The translations under genes were made by a program, and so were the position numbers. From Gemmatimonadota bacterium (GTDB taxonomy: Bacteria; 4572-55; J002), in NCBI GenBank assembly GCA_003697105.1, contig RFFQ01000102.1, positions 1 through 50,755 on the forward strand: DNA of 50,755 bases, in the 5' to 3' direction. Below, one piece after another: positions 36,967 through 47,085 of the stretch (position 1 is its first letter; each line of letters starts with the position of its first letter). The notes under the pieces are model-generated. The model had not been told where the DNA came from and searched no databases. It saw nothing but the letters and a program-made list of their open reading frames with translations.

Positions 36967-37693
36967 TGTTTTTCTGATTCCGGGTTCTATTGAGGCAGTT
37001 CCCAAGGATGTACCCGGTGTGATAATTGATGTGCTTCGCGCCAGTTCTTCCATTATCACTGCCTTGGAAAACGGTTGTGGGCGAATTATCCCCACCGATA
37101 GTACCGAATCCGCGAAAAAACTTGCGGTTTCATTGGGTGGTGGCGAAGATATTTTGCTGTGTGGGGAGCGGAAAGGGCAGTTGATTGAAGGGTTTCATAT
37201 CGGTAATTCACCCGCAGAGTACACCGCCGAGCGCGTGGGCAACCGAATCCTGATCTATACGACTACGAACGGCACCGGGGCGATTCTCCGGTGTAAAGCG
37301 GCGGAACCCCTCTATATCGGCGGTTTTTTGAATGTAGATGCGCTGGCAGACCATCTGGTACAGAACACGGATGCCTTTTTTATTTTGTGCGCCGGTAATA
37401 ATAATCAATTTTCGTTGGATGATACCGTATGCGCCGGCATGTTGGTGGGGGCAATTCAGCAGCGTGTTACGGAATTAGAACTAACCGATAGCGGGTTGGC
37501 GGCACTCAACCTGTATCAGGCTTATAAAACCAACCTGTTAGGCATGATGCGGGAGTCCGAACATGGACAGACCTTAATCAATTTGGGTATGGAAGATGAC
37601 TTATCCCTTTGTGCGCAAACCAATGTGAGCCGGGTGATTCCAACGTTTACCGATGGGCGGATTACGGCGACAGTTTCCGCCGTGCCTGATTAA
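36956..37693 (+). CDS. comB: 2-phosphosulfolactate phosphatase family protein
   Basis: IDVLRASSSI, CGER.G, GNSP, TTTNGT, FSLDD..CAG; start at ATG 36956 (SD GGAG). Confidence 0.92.
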   Translation: MKIDVFLIPGSIEAVPKDVPGVIIDVLRASSSIITALENGCGRIIPTDSTESAKKLAVSLGGGEDILLCGERKGQLIEGFHIGNSPAEYTAERVGNRILIYTTTNGTGAILRCKAAEPLYIGGFLNVDALADHLVQNTDAFFILCAGNNNQFSLDDTVCAGMLVGAIQQRVTELELTDSGLAALNLYQAYKTNLLGMMRESEHGQTLINLGMEDDLSLCAQTNVSRVIPTFTDGRITATVSAVPD

Positions 37694-39692
37694 GAAATTG
37701 GGCAATGCGACCCCGGCTGGGGGATGCCGGCGCCAATTGTAGATACCGCTCCCAGTACTGTATCGCCGCTGCAAAGTCGCCTTCTTGATAGGTTAATAAA
37801 CCCAAATATTTGTAAGGCTCCGGGTAATTTGGTGCCAGTTGTAGCGCGGTTTGATATTCAAATCGCGCTTTTTCGTTTTGTCCGGTTCGCGCGTATGCCT
37901 GCCCCAAATTACAGCGAATATCCGGCTTATCCGACCGAATTTCCACCGCTTTTTCCAAATAGGTTATCGCCTTTTCAAACTCCTGCCGGTAAAAGTAGGC
38001 TGTGCCTAAATTATTATAAACATACTCCCGGTTCAGTCCCGATTTCCCCCAATCCAACTTGACTGCCCGTTCGTAGTACTGGATCGCTGTTTCAAAATCC
38101 TGCTGGTAAAAATAGATATTGCCCAGATTTGTCAGCGTGCGGATTTGGTTTGGTTCTAATTTCAGGGATTGCTCATAATGATGTGCGGCTTGCGCCAGAT
38201 CACCCCGTTCCCGGTACACATTGCCTAAATAAAAATGAGCATGCGGGTTGTTGGGGTCAACTTTCAGCGCGGCACTCCATAGGGTGTAATTGGATTTCCA
38301 ATCGCCGTTGCGATCAATCGTTTTAAACCCATATAACCCGATTAACAGAGCCAACACGCCAATCCCGAGGGGGCGAAACCGTTTGTTAATTAGCCATGCC
38401 CACAACCCGTACCCCACCAGCAAACAAAATCCAACAGAAGGCAGATAAAGATAGCGTTCCGCTACGAAATAAGCGGCGGGAATGAGGTTGGAAACCGGTA
38501 GCAGGTTGATCAGATAAAATCCCAGTGCAAACGTAATCAAACGGGAACGACGGAAACTCCAAATCATTACACTAAGCACAAGTATGATCAAGCCAAGAGA
38601 AAAAAGCACCGCCGGTTCATACCATGATTCAGAAGGTATCAAGTATTGGTCTGCCGAGAGGTTCGCCGGAAAGATCAGAAGCTGTAAATTGTGCCAAAAG
38701 GAGCGAATGGTAGTGAACAGTACGCGATCATAGGTCAAGCCGCGTGTCTGCTCCGCGCTAAACAGATAAAGAAAGCGTTCCGTGAGATTTTTGCTGATTT
38801 GGGGTAGATGTGGTGCGTATTTGATCAGCGGAATCAACAGAAATAAACATGAGAGAGCCGCACCGGTCTTAAACAATACGCTGGTTGCTGTTGAACGGGC
38901 TGAAACCCACCGGACGATGACCGGTAAGGTTAATGCCACTAAAAAGGTTATCCCAATATAAATGGGGCGGGCACTGATGTAGTTGGCAAAGGCGAAGCCG
39001 GCAACCATAAAGTACATGATGTAACGTGGTACATAAGGTTTGATTTCCCTCCACGTCTGAATCCGAAAACAGCAATCAAAACCGATTAATACCAGCGGCA
39101 GCGTGATTGCCACCTCTTTGGAGAGTAAGGCGAAGACAAACGCCACGGTTGAGAGCATGTCCCACCCTAACCGGTTGGGCAAATAGGCGTAAAATGCGGC
39201 TAAAAAGAACACGGTTACCAGCATTTCTTTTCGGTTGGCAATTCCGGCAACGGCTTCGGTGTGAACCGGATGCGCCGCGAAGAGAAGGACAACGATTAGG
39301 GCAAATAGGAAGCTCGACGTCTCGCGCGTTTGCCAAATCCCCATCGTTTGAAGACGAACCAACCACGCATAGAGCATGAGGCACGCCAATATATGCCAAA
39401 TGACATTCCACAAATGGAATCCAACCGGATTTAAGCCCCACACCGCATAATCGATCATAAACGTCACTGTGCGCAAGGGACGCCCATCATGGAGAATTTG
39501 TTTGAGATTTCCCATATCCTGAATCAGTGGATTTTCCACAATTAGATGGGTGTCATCGTACACAAACTCAAATTCGGGGCTAAGTGTATTACCGTACAGC
39601 ACCAAATTGATCAAAATGATGATACCGCAGGCGAAAAGGTGTATGTGCGGCTGTTTCAACTGTCGCTTGGCGGGCATGGATGGTTTGGGCAT
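37662..39692 (-). CDS. TMTC-like GT-C membrane glycosyltransferase with C-terminal TPRs
   Basis: FVYDD, RPL, GFHLWN, LFAAHPVHTEAV, LLSKE, AERYLYLPS, RN.DW; 5-6 TPRs. Start may be ATG 39677. Confidence 0.8.
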   Translation of the reverse strand: MPKPSMPAKRQLKQPHIHLFACGIIILINLVLYGNTLSPEFEFVYDDTHLIVENPLIQDMGNLKQILHDGRPLRTVTFMIDYAVWGLNPVGFHLWNVIWHILACLMLYAWLVRLQTMGIWQTRETSSFLFALIVVLLFAAHPVHTEAVAGIANRKEMLVTVFFLAAFYAYLPNRLGWDMLSTVAFVFALLSKEVAITLPLVLIGFDCCFRIQTWREIKPYVPRYIMYFMVAGFAFANYISARPIYIGITFLVALTLPVIVRWVSARSTATSVLFKTGAALSCLFLLIPLIKYAPHLPQISKNLTERFLYLFSAEQTRGLTYDRVLFTTIRSFWHNLQLLIFPANLSADQYLIPSESWYEPAVLFSLGLIILVLSVMIWSFRRSRLITFALGFYLINLLPVSNLIPAAYFVAERYLYLPSVGFCLLVGYGLWAWLINKRFRPLGIGVLALLIGLYGFKTIDRNGDWKSNYTLWSAALKVDPNNPHAHFYLGNVYRERGDLAQAAHHYEQSLKLEPNQIRTLTNLGNIYFYQQDFETAIQYYERAVKLDWGKSGLNREYVYNNLGTAYFYRQEFEKAITYLEKAVEIRSDKPDIRCNLGQAYARTGQNEKARFEYQTALQLAPNYPEPYKYLGLLTYQEGDFAAAIQYWERYLQLAPASPSRGRIAQFLNQARRKLSP

Positions 39693-39735
39693 AATCCGTG
39701 GTGTGGGGTTGGGGTGAATATAGCGAACGTCTTTC

Positions 39736-41049
39736 CTATTGGTATTGCCGGATTACGTCGTAAATCACATTTGTTCCGAATTCAATTGATTTTACCGGTA
39801 CGCGCTCATTGGCGGCGTGGATCATCTGCAACGGATTCATGTCCGGTGGGAGATTCAGCGGCAGATAGCCATAGGTCTGGATGCCCAATTTGGCAAAATG
39901 ACGACCATCTGTCACCGCCGGCATAAGATAGGGAATGGGTGTACCATCTGGATCCGCCGCTTTGAGAACAGAAGCAAGTAGATCGAATTTATCCATGTTC
40001 ATCGGGGTCGGTACCGGCTCGTAATGCAAAATTTCCAATTGACCGGTGTTGCCGATGATTTGCCGGACTTCGGTGACCATGTCATCCGCTGTAAAGCCGG
40101 GCAAGAGCCGCCCATCCATTTGCAAGGTGACTTCGCTGGGGATCACATTGATTTTTGTCCCGCCAGAAACAATCGTCGGGTTGACCACATTCCGTATCAT
40201 GGACTCAAAAAAGCGTCCTTGGCTACCGAATCCCTCTAAGGTTTGGAAGCTCATCGTGGGGTCTGCTATCTGCTCAAAAATAGCGTTCATGGGTTCGGGT
40301 AGATGGTGGGCGATGGTTTCCAACATCTGTTTGACTACCAAATTGATATGGATGGGCAACGGGTATTGGTCTAACTGTTTTAGGATATATCCTAACTGCG
40401 CCATTACGCCGCCTCGTAGCGGGACTGCGCCATGCCCCGACCCGCCGTGAATGGTCAATTTTAGTTGGCATAACTGCTTTTCTGCCACTTGAATCAGATA
40501 AAATTTGTGTTGCCCGATGTAAATCGGGAAGCCGCCAAATTCGCCGATGGCGTATTTTATTCCTTCAAAGTATTCGGGATACTCTTCCACCAGATATTTG
40601 GCACCGTGCGTACCGTGAGCTTCTTCGTCGCTGAGGGCGCAAAAAATCAGATCACCTGCCGGTTGAATTCCTTCGGCTTTGGCACGCATGAATGCCGCCA
40701 ACATCATTGCTACGCCACCCTTCATGTCGAGTGTGCCTCGTCCCCACAGGGTTTTATCAATAATCAGTCCTTCAAAGGCCGGGTAATCCCACATTTGGTC
40801 ATGGGTGGGGACGACGTCCACATGTCCGTAAAGCAGGAGCGGAGGTGCGTTTCCGCGTCCTTTTAACCGGCTGATGAGATTGGGGCGTTCCGGTTGTTCA
40901 CCCAACAAGATGGTCTCCATGCCCACACCGCGAATCAATTGTTCGATATAGTGGATGCACTCCCGTTCATTCCCAGGTGGATTGGTGGTGTCAAACCGGA
41001 TCAATTTTTGAAGCAACTCAACAGGTCGCTGATAGATGGTCGTATCCAT
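39736..41049 (-). CDS. M20 family metallopeptidase/deacylase
   Basis: TTNPPGNE, YGHVDVVP, GRGTLDMKG, DEE, GHG, TDGRHF, HAANERV. Confidence 0.92.
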   Translation of the reverse strand: MDTTIYQRPVELLQKLIRFDTTNPPGNERECIHYIEQLIRGVGMETILLGEQPERPNLISRLKGRGNAPPLLLYGHVDVVPTHDQMWDYPAFEGLIIDKTLWGRGTLDMKGGVAMMLAAFMRAKAEGIQPAGDLIFCALSDEEAHGTHGAKYLVEEYPEYFEGIKYAIGEFGGFPIYIGQHKFYLIQVAEKQLCQLKLTIHGGSGHGAVPLRGGVMAQLGYILKQLDQYPLPIHINLVVKQMLETIAHHLPEPMNAIFEQIADPTMSFQTLEGFGSQGRFFESMIRNVVNPTIVSGGTKINVIPSEVTLQMDGRLLPGFTADDMVTEVRQIIGNTGQLEILHYEPVPTPMNMDKFDLLASVLKAADPDGTPIPYLMPAVTDGRHFAKLGIQTYGYLPLNLPPDMNPLQMIHAANERVPVKSIEFGTNVIYDVIRQYQ

Positions 41050-41073
41050 GATCGTTCCTCTTTTTTCTAGTCT

Positions 41074-41802
41074 TTATCCCTCAAAGGTGTGGAGGGAAAA
41101 TCCCGCTGGGGAGAGTGTGGCGTAGGTAAATTGGTGAATCCAATCCCCCGTGTTGATGTACCATCCGTCCAGAATGGGGGTAATTTCCGGTTTATGGCGA
41201 TGTCCCATAATCACCGCCCGGCAACCTTCACCGATGCGTTCCGCGGCAAACTCGTAATAATCCTGATCGTCCAATATCTGTTGTTTAGAGGTGGTATAAA
41301 ACCGGCTGGTATGGGACGTTTTTTTAGCGATTCGGAACGCAAGGTCTGGGTGCAATAGCCGGAATAATTTGATATTAATTGGGTTGCGTAATACCCGCTT
41401 CAAAAAGCGATAGCCCCGATCCCGCTTTAAAATACCATCCCCGTGATGGAGGTAAATCCGTTGCCCAAAATGGGTTACGATGGCTTCATCCGGGTAAAAC
41501 ACAATCGGGGTTTCCTCCGCTAAAAATTGACCCGCCCAAAAATCATGGTTGCCGGCAAAAAAAGCTGTGGGAACCACCTTCGCGAGCTGTTCCAAGCGGC
41601 AAATTAACCGGAAATGCTGGCGCGGCATCACGTAAGTATAATTATACCAAAAATCGAACAGATCGCCCATGATGTAAACTGCACCGGCATGATCGTATAA
41701 ATGATCCAGAAAGCGGAACAGTTTGGCAGTGCGCTCTTTTTCCGTTTCGGAATCTGCATTACCCAGATGTACATCAGCGAAAAAATAGACCGGTTTTTCC
41801 AT
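41074..41802 (-). CDS. lpxH: UDP-2,3-diacylglucosamine hydrolase (LpxH-type metallophosphoesterase)
   Basis: ADVHLG, MGDLFDFW, GNHDFW, HHGDG, MGHRH, NTGDW; start at ATG 41802. Confidence 0.85.
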   Translation of the reverse strand: MEKPVYFFADVHLGNADSETEKERTAKLFRFLDHLYDHAGAVYIMGDLFDFWYNYTYVMPRQHFRLICRLEQLAKVVPTAFFAGNHDFWAGQFLAEETPIVFYPDEAIVTHFGQRIYLHHGDGILKRDRGYRFLKRVLRNPINIKLFRLLHPDLAFRIAKKTSHTSRFYTTSKQQILDDQDYYEFAAERIGEGCRAVIMGHRHKPEITPILDGWYINTGDWIHQFTYATLSPAGFSLHTFEG

Positions 41803-41806
41803 CACG

Positions 41807-42829
41807 TCATTCCACCACAAGCACTACTTTGCCGGTAGATTTGCCACTTCGCAGATGATCCACCGCCTGCGGCGCCGCGGTAAACGGGAATGACTGCCCA
41901 ATGAACGGTGGCTCTAATTCCAAGCGGTCTAATGCGTCGATCATCTCCTTGAATAAATTGACCTGATCATACAACCAAATCAGATTAAATGCCATTACCG
42001 ATTTGTTATCACCTGCCATTTTCATGGGATCGTACAACGGACGGCGCAGGTATTTTAGTGCTAGCCGGAGCGGGTTCGGGCGATCACCGTGGGGCGTAAA
42101 TTCTGCGGACCCATAGACCACCAACCGGCTCATGGGAGAAAGGAGCTTATACGTATCCTTTTGCACGTGCCCCCCAATGGCATCCAGTGCGAGGTCTAGG
42201 CGTTCCCCGTTGAGAATCGATTTTACCTGTTCGACCCAATTCGGGGTGCGCACCACGACCTGATTGAATCCCATCGTTTTGAGGCGGTCTATTTTTGCCG
42301 GATTTCCCACCGTGCCGAGAGGGTTCGCTCCCAGTTTTTGGCAGATGCGCATTGCCTGCAGTCCGACCCCACCAGCGGCACTGTGAATCAGCACATTTTG
42401 CCCCGGGCGCACATCCCCCAGTGGCTTGAGGGCATAATAGGCGGTGAGGGTTTGCACCGGATACGCCGCGCCTTGCTCAAAGCTCCAGCCTTCCGGCAGG
42501 GGGAGGCAATATGCCGGTTTAATATCGATCACGCTGGCATAGCCGCCGAAGCGCGTCACACCCATCACTGCGCTCCCAAATTTTACATCTTCCACGGCAT
42601 CCCCGGTGCAGATGACCGTGCCGGCAAATTCCAAACCGGGGATAAAATCCGTTTTCGGTGCGGCGGCATACAGCCCAATAATACCGAATATATCCGCGAA
42701 ATTCAACCCGACTGCCCGCACCTGCACCCGCACGTGATCGGGCTTCAGGGCGGGTAACGCTTCCGATTGCAATTGCAAATCGCTAAAGGACTTTGCGCGG
42801 GCGGTCTTCCATACTTGACGATGACTCAT
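41807..42829 (-). CDS. MDR-family quinone oxidoreductase (VAT-1-like)
   Basis: GLNFADI, PGLEFAG, FGGY, HSAAGGVG, GKSTGKVVL; start at ATG 42829. Confidence 0.88.
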   Translation of the reverse strand: MSHRQVWKTARAKSFSDLQLQSEALPALKPDHVRVQVRAVGLNFADIFGIIGLYAAAPKTDFIPGLEFAGTVICTGDAVEDVKFGSAVMGVTRFGGYASVIDIKPAYCLPLPEGWSFEQGAAYPVQTLTAYYALKPLGDVRPGQNVLIHSAAGGVGLQAMRICQKLGANPLGTVGNPAKIDRLKTMGFNQVVVRTPNWVEQVKSILNGERLDLALDAIGGHVQKDTYKLLSPMSRLVVYGSAEFTPHGDRPNPLRLALKYLRRPLYDPMKMAGDNKSVMAFNLIWLYDQVNLFKEMIDALDRLELEPPFIGQSFPFTAAPQAVDHLRSGKSTGKVVLVVE

Positions 42830-43623
42830 TGGCGTTCCCTGTAGGCGAGTAGGTCTTGATGCCCTACGATTAGGCTTAATTCCTGATGTTCCATTTGGTG
42901 TTTCCGTACCCGGCGCCATGTTTGGAGGCGATTCTGCTGTCCGGGGGGGCAGATTTCCTGCACGGCTAGACTGATCCCCGTGACGAGGGCGGTGAGCATC
43001 GGGGTATCTGCCGGGGTGATCTGCCAATCACTATCGCCGGTGTGGACGGTAAATCCCTTGTTTTTCAATATCTGGCAAACCGTGGGCACTGCACGTGCCC
43101 CCAGCGCGATGCCCAAGCCTTTGTCCTGTTGCATGTGGCGGTGAAACATTACCCGAATCCACTCGTCCAGCGGATGGGCAGGTTGCCATTGTTGCCGCCC
43201 ATCGTAGGTGAGGGTGAAGAAGAAGAGGGTGTTATTGTCACCGGTTGCCCCAACCAGCGCCGCCACCCATTCTGCCGAGACCAAATCCAGCAGCGCCGAT
43301 CCCGTAATCAGATCGACCGGATATAGCTTACGTAAATTTTCGAGATGTGTCAACTCCCATTGGTAAAATGTGCCGGACACCCCGAGTTCTTGAGCGTGCT
43401 GCAGCAGATCGGCGTCATGATCGATAAGTATCCATTGCGACGCCCGCTCCATTCGGGGTTGTAAATAGCGATAGTTTGAGCCTAAACCACATCCCAAGTC
43501 CATGATTCGGAGGGGTGACCGTTCCGGCAAGCGGGCGATCATCTGCTGGGTTAATGGGATTGAGCGGGCGGCGTGATCGAACGGCTCACGGCGGCGGAGC
43601 CACGCGGCATCAAACTGTGCCAT
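42826..43623 (-). CDS. Class I SAM-dependent methyltransferase-like protein
   Basis: WLRRREPFDHAARS, DLGCGLGSN, SALLDLVS, VGHQDLLA; start at ATG 43623. Confidence 0.85.
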   Translation of the reverse strand: MAQFDAAWLRRREPFDHAARSIPLTQQMIARLPERSPLRIMDLGCGLGSNYRYLQPRMERASQWILIDHDADLLQHAQELGVSGTFYQWELTHLENLRKLYPVDLITGSALLDLVSAEWVAALVGATGDNNTLFFFTLTYDGRQQWQPAHPLDEWIRVMFHRHMQQDKGLGIALGARAVPTVCQILKNKGFTVHTGDSDWQITPADTPMLTALVTGISLAVQEICPPGQQNRLQTWRRVRKHQMEHQELSLIVGHQDLLAYRERQ

Positions 43624-44668
43624 AAACCGCCTCAATAAAGGCATTTGTGCTCTGTTGCCACGTGGGGAGCTGCGGGCGCACCTTTTGGCTTAAATGTGCC
43701 AACCGGCGGCGATACTCCGGCTGATCCAGCACCAGCCGCAGTGCCTCTGCCAAGGCTTCCACATCACCGGGGGGAACAAGCACTGCCGCGCCCCGCGTGG
43801 TGAAGGGAATCGCGCCACCGGTGGTACTGACCACCGGTAAACCGGCACTGATCGCCTCGGCAAGTGCCATTCCATACCCTTCGTAGAGCGAGGGAAAGAC
43901 AAACAGGTCGCTCTGGCGGTAAATCCCCCTCAATTTAGCCGGGGAAACCGCACCGGTCAGGTGGATTCGGTGGGATAACCCCTGTTTTTTGATCTGGGTG
44001 CGTAACCGCTCAACCGTTTGCGGTTCCATTGTCAGGGAACCGGCGGCGGTGAAGTGCCAATCGTACGCTTTTAACCGGGCAAGGGCATCCACCAGCACGG
44101 AGTAGCCTTTCCGGTACAGTACATTGGCAACACAGAGCAGGTGCACGGATTGGGAGCGGGACCCCCGCGCCAACCGTTGTGTATTGGTGCCGGGTAAAAC
44201 GGTTGTCACCGGTAAATCCTCCAACTGCCAGAATTGCAGTAATAGGCGCGTAAATGGGCTGGTAACAATCAGTTGATCCATCAATCGAAAGGCAGCTTGT
44301 TCCGCTTGCCGCAACCGGGCTTGCTCCGCCGCGTTGAATTCCGGTTCTTCGCTGTGGGGATGGTGAATCAAGCCGGTAAAATGCAATCGTTCTTTTTCCG
44401 GGCGGATCACCTCCGCGGCGCCTGCCAGCATCAGCCCATCTATAACGACGAGCGAGCCGTCCGGGATGTACCAAAATGCCCGGGCGAATGCCGCTTTATC
44501 TTCCGCCCGCGGGCTGGGAAATGTGCCCGGAACTTCATGTACTTCCACATAAATGCCCCGCCGCCGGATGCCATCGATGATCTGCTTGTCATACAGCGTA
44601 CCACCGGTAAGGCTCTCCAGAGAACCCGGTACTATAAAATGGAGGGGTCGATCATATTTGATTTTCAT
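43610..44668 (-). CDS. Glycosyltransferase family 4
   Basis: [33 protein letters not shown]; start at ATG 44668. Confidence 0.9.
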   Translation of the reverse strand: MKIKYDRPLHFIVPGSLESLTGGTLYDKQIIDGIRRRGIYVEVHEVPGTFPSPRAEDKAAFARAFWYIPDGSLVVIDGLMLAGAAEVIRPEKERLHFTGLIHHPHSEEPEFNAAEQARLRQAEQAAFRLMDQLIVTSPFTRLLLQFWQLEDLPVTTVLPGTNTQRLARGSRSQSVHLLCVANVLYRKGYSVLVDALARLKAYDWHFTAAGSLTMEPQTVERLRTQIKKQGLSHRIHLTGAVSPAKLRGIYRQSDLFVFPSLYEGYGMALAEAISAGLPVVSTTGGAIPFTTRGAAVLVPPGDVEALAEALRLVLDQPEYRRRLAHLSQKVRPQLPTWQQSTNAFIEAVYGTV

Positions 44669-45029
44669 AGGATGCCCAGGCAATGTGCGATTCGTGCAAT
44701 GTGACTTTTAACCTGCCATTAAATTGGGGCTTGACCCGTTCGCCGAGCCGCCGGAAAATCTCTTTTGCCAAAAATTCGGTGGTGGTGTTGGTGCCGGCAA
44801 ATTCCGGCAGGTTGTCCAGATTTTGGTAGTTGAGCGGTTGCAAAACGGCTTTTAGCTGTTGCTGTGCCCAGCCAATATCAACCACCAAGCCGTGTTTATC
44901 CAGTTCCACCGCGCTAAATTCCACATCAACAATGTAGGTCGCACCGTGCATCTGTTGGGCGGGTCCGAAAATCTCGCCCTTAAAACTGTGGGCAATCATC
45001 AGGTGATCCCGTACGCCAAGGGTGTACAT
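44652..45029 (-). CDS. QueD/6-pyruvoyl-tetrahydropterin synthase-like T-fold protein (HGATY subfamily)
   Basis: [31 protein letters not shown]. Confidence 0.85.
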   Translation of the reverse strand: MYTLGVRDHLMIAHSFKGEIFGPAQQMHGATYIVDVEFSAVELDKHGLVVDIGWAQQQLKAVLQPLNYQNLDNLPEFAGTNTTTEFLAKEIFRRLGERVKPQFNGRLKVTLHESHIAWASYENQI

Positions 45030-45062
45030 AAGGGGTGACTCCTTCTGAAAAATGTACCAAAT

Positions 45063-45299
45063 CTAGCCTTCTTCTTCATGCTTCAAAAACAACTCCGGGA
45101 CAACGGGTAACCCGCACCACTGGGCAATCCGGTTGTAGTTTTTAGCGATGTCCTGCGCGTAGCCCACACCATCCTCTACTTTTTGGATGGCTTTCCCGAT
45201 ACGGGTGCTGGTATCCCCCAGTTTCTTCACAAATTTACTGACCGCGCGTTTTAACTCGTCAAAAGATTGCCGGATCGTAGCGGCAACATCAATGGCTAT
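45063..45299 (-). pseudogene. Start-less 3' gene remnant (78 aa)
   Basis: Translated by hand: IAIDVAATIRQSFDELKRAVSKFVKKLGDTSTRIGKAIQKVEDGVGYAQDIAKNYNRIAQWCGLPVVPELFLKHEEEG*. No ATG/GTG/TTG at its 5' end; begins right after the ggt stop; absent from the ORF track. Confidence 0.55.
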
Positions 45300-45301
45300 A
45301 C

Positions 45302-47068
45302 TTAATATCCGCGCACGGCGCCCTGTCCGCGTGGGTCGCTCATGCCCTGCAATTCTCCGGTTTCGGGGTCTATGAGGATTAGTTCTGCCCGGCCAATATA
45401 GCCCCAGTAATGCTCATCCACCCGATGCCCCTTGGCACTAAGATTTTGGATGACATCATGTGCTAACCCATATTTTTCATAGTAAATTTTATCCGGGTAC
45501 CACTGGTGATGCACCCGGGGGGCATGGAGTGCCTCGTGGGCGTTCATGCCGTGATCGATCACGTTGAGGATGATCTGCAGCACGGTAGTGATAATCGTTG
45601 AGCCGCCCGGTGACCCAACGACCATTGCCACGGTGCCATTTTTCAGCAGGATGGTGGGCGTCATGGAACTCAGCGGGCGCTTGCCCGGCGCCACAATATT
45701 GCGGTTGCCTTGCATCAAGCCGTAATAATTGGGTTGTCCGGGCTGGGTGGTGAAGTCATCCAGTTCGTTGTTGAGCAAAAAACCGGTGCCCGGCACCACC
45801 ACTTTGCTACCGTAGCTGGTATTCAGGGTATAGGTCAGGCTAACGGCGTTTCCGGCACTATCGACCACGCATAAATGGGTGGTCTCTGGGCTTTCATAGC
45901 CCGGGGGGTTGCCGGCTTTTACAGCGCGGCTGGGGGTTTTGTAATAGCGGTTGATTTTTTGGCGCAGTTTATCCGCGTAGAGCTTGCTGGTAAGCCCCTC
46001 CATAGGGACATCCACGTAATCCGGGTCACCGAGATATTCAAAGCGATCCGCATAGACGCGCCGTTCGGCTTCTGTCATCAGATGGATGGTTTCAGCAGAA
46101 TTGTGCCCCAACCATGCCAGCGGGTAGCCTTCCAAGATATTGAGGAGTTGTACTAAGGCAATCCCCCCCGATGATGGCGGCGGCATGGAGACCACCTCGT
46201 AACCGCGATAGCTGCCGTAAACCGGTTCGCGGAATTTGACCTGATAATTGGCGAAATCGGCGGCACGCATTGCCCCGCCGTGGGCGATCATGGCTTGTTC
46301 AATGCGTTGGGGAATTTCCCCGGTATAAAAACCATCCCGCCCGTACTCAGCAATTTTACGGAGGGTTTGTGCCAAATCTTTTTGATAAAACCGGTCTCCG
46401 GCATGGTAAAAATAGCGATCCTCGGTGATGAAAAGCGGTTGTCCATCCACGGGTGACGGTAGCAAGAGCGAATCCGGCGGTGTTTCCTTCAAAAAAATGG
46501 CTGCCGAGCCGGGGAAACGCGCAAATTGCGGGGCATAATAGCGCAATGAGGCGGCAAATGGGTGGGAGACTATAAAACCGCTATCTGCTAGGGCTATTGC
46601 CGGTTGCAGGAGCTCGGCTAGGGGTAATGTGCCAAATGCCTGATGCGTTTCGACCAGCATGGCAACGGTGCCGGGTGTACCGGCAGCGGTATATCCCAGC
46701 AGGCTATTGCGGGCGGTGCCATCCGGTTGGGGCAGGTAGTAGGTGGAATCCATGAGGGCGGGTGCCGTTTCGCGCCCATCGATGGCGATATTCTGCCCGT
46801 TTGCGGTGTGGAGTATCAAAAATCCCCCGCCCCCCAAATTTCCGGCAGAAGGGTAGGTAACTGCCAAGGCAAATGCCGTTGCCACGGCGGCATCCACGGC
46901 ATTTCCGCCGCGTTTGAGTACCTCTGCCCCAATATCTGCTGCCTGTGGTTCCGCACAAACCACCATCCCGTGTTGTTTTACGACTGGGAGGCGTTTCCCA
47001 TAGGCAAAACTGTTCAGTGGAAATGCCAATATGACCGTTAAAATCAATATTGATAGGCGATGTTGCAT
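45302..47068 (-). CDS. ggt: Gamma-glutamyltransferase
   Basis: Signal peptide; GGNAVDAAVA, PPPSSGG, catalytic ETTH, LNNELDDF, KRPLSSMTP, GSPGG, SDPR. Confidence 0.97.
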   Translation of the reverse strand: MQHRLSILILTVILAFPLNSFAYGKRLPVVKQHGMVVCAEPQAADIGAEVLKRGGNAVDAAVATAFALAVTYPSAGNLGGGGFLILHTANGQNIAIDGRETAPALMDSTYYLPQPDGTARNSLLGYTAAGTPGTVAMLVETHQAFGTLPLAELLQPAIALADSGFIVSHPFAASLRYYAPQFARFPGSAAIFLKETPPDSLLLPSPVDGQPLFITEDRYFYHAGDRFYQKDLAQTLRKIAEYGRDGFYTGEIPQRIEQAMIAHGGAMRAADFANYQVKFREPVYGSYRGYEVVSMPPPSSGGIALVQLLNILEGYPLAWLGHNSAETIHLMTEAERRVYADRFEYLGDPDYVDVPMEGLTSKLYADKLRQKINRYYKTPSRAVKAGNPPGYESPETTHLCVVDSAGNAVSLTYTLNTSYGSKVVVPGTGFLLNNELDDFTTQPGQPNYYGLMQGNRNIVAPGKRPLSSMTPTILLKNGTVAMVVGSPGGSTIITTVLQIILNVIDHGMNAHEALHAPRVHHQWYPDKIYYEKYGLAHDVIQNLSAKGHRVDEHYWGYIGRAELILIDPETGELQGMSDPRGQGAVRGY

Positions 47069-47085
47069 TCGAGAATCTCCTCAGG

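Noticed and set aside
36956-37693. Coenzyme M biosynthesis
   Set aside because: ComB-family phosphatases are widespread in bacteria, and no comA/C/D/E is present.
44652-45029. Canonical queD for queuosine or 7-deazaguanine DNA modification
   Set aside because: It lacks the Cys and HGH motif, and no queC, queE, folE or dpd genes are nearby.
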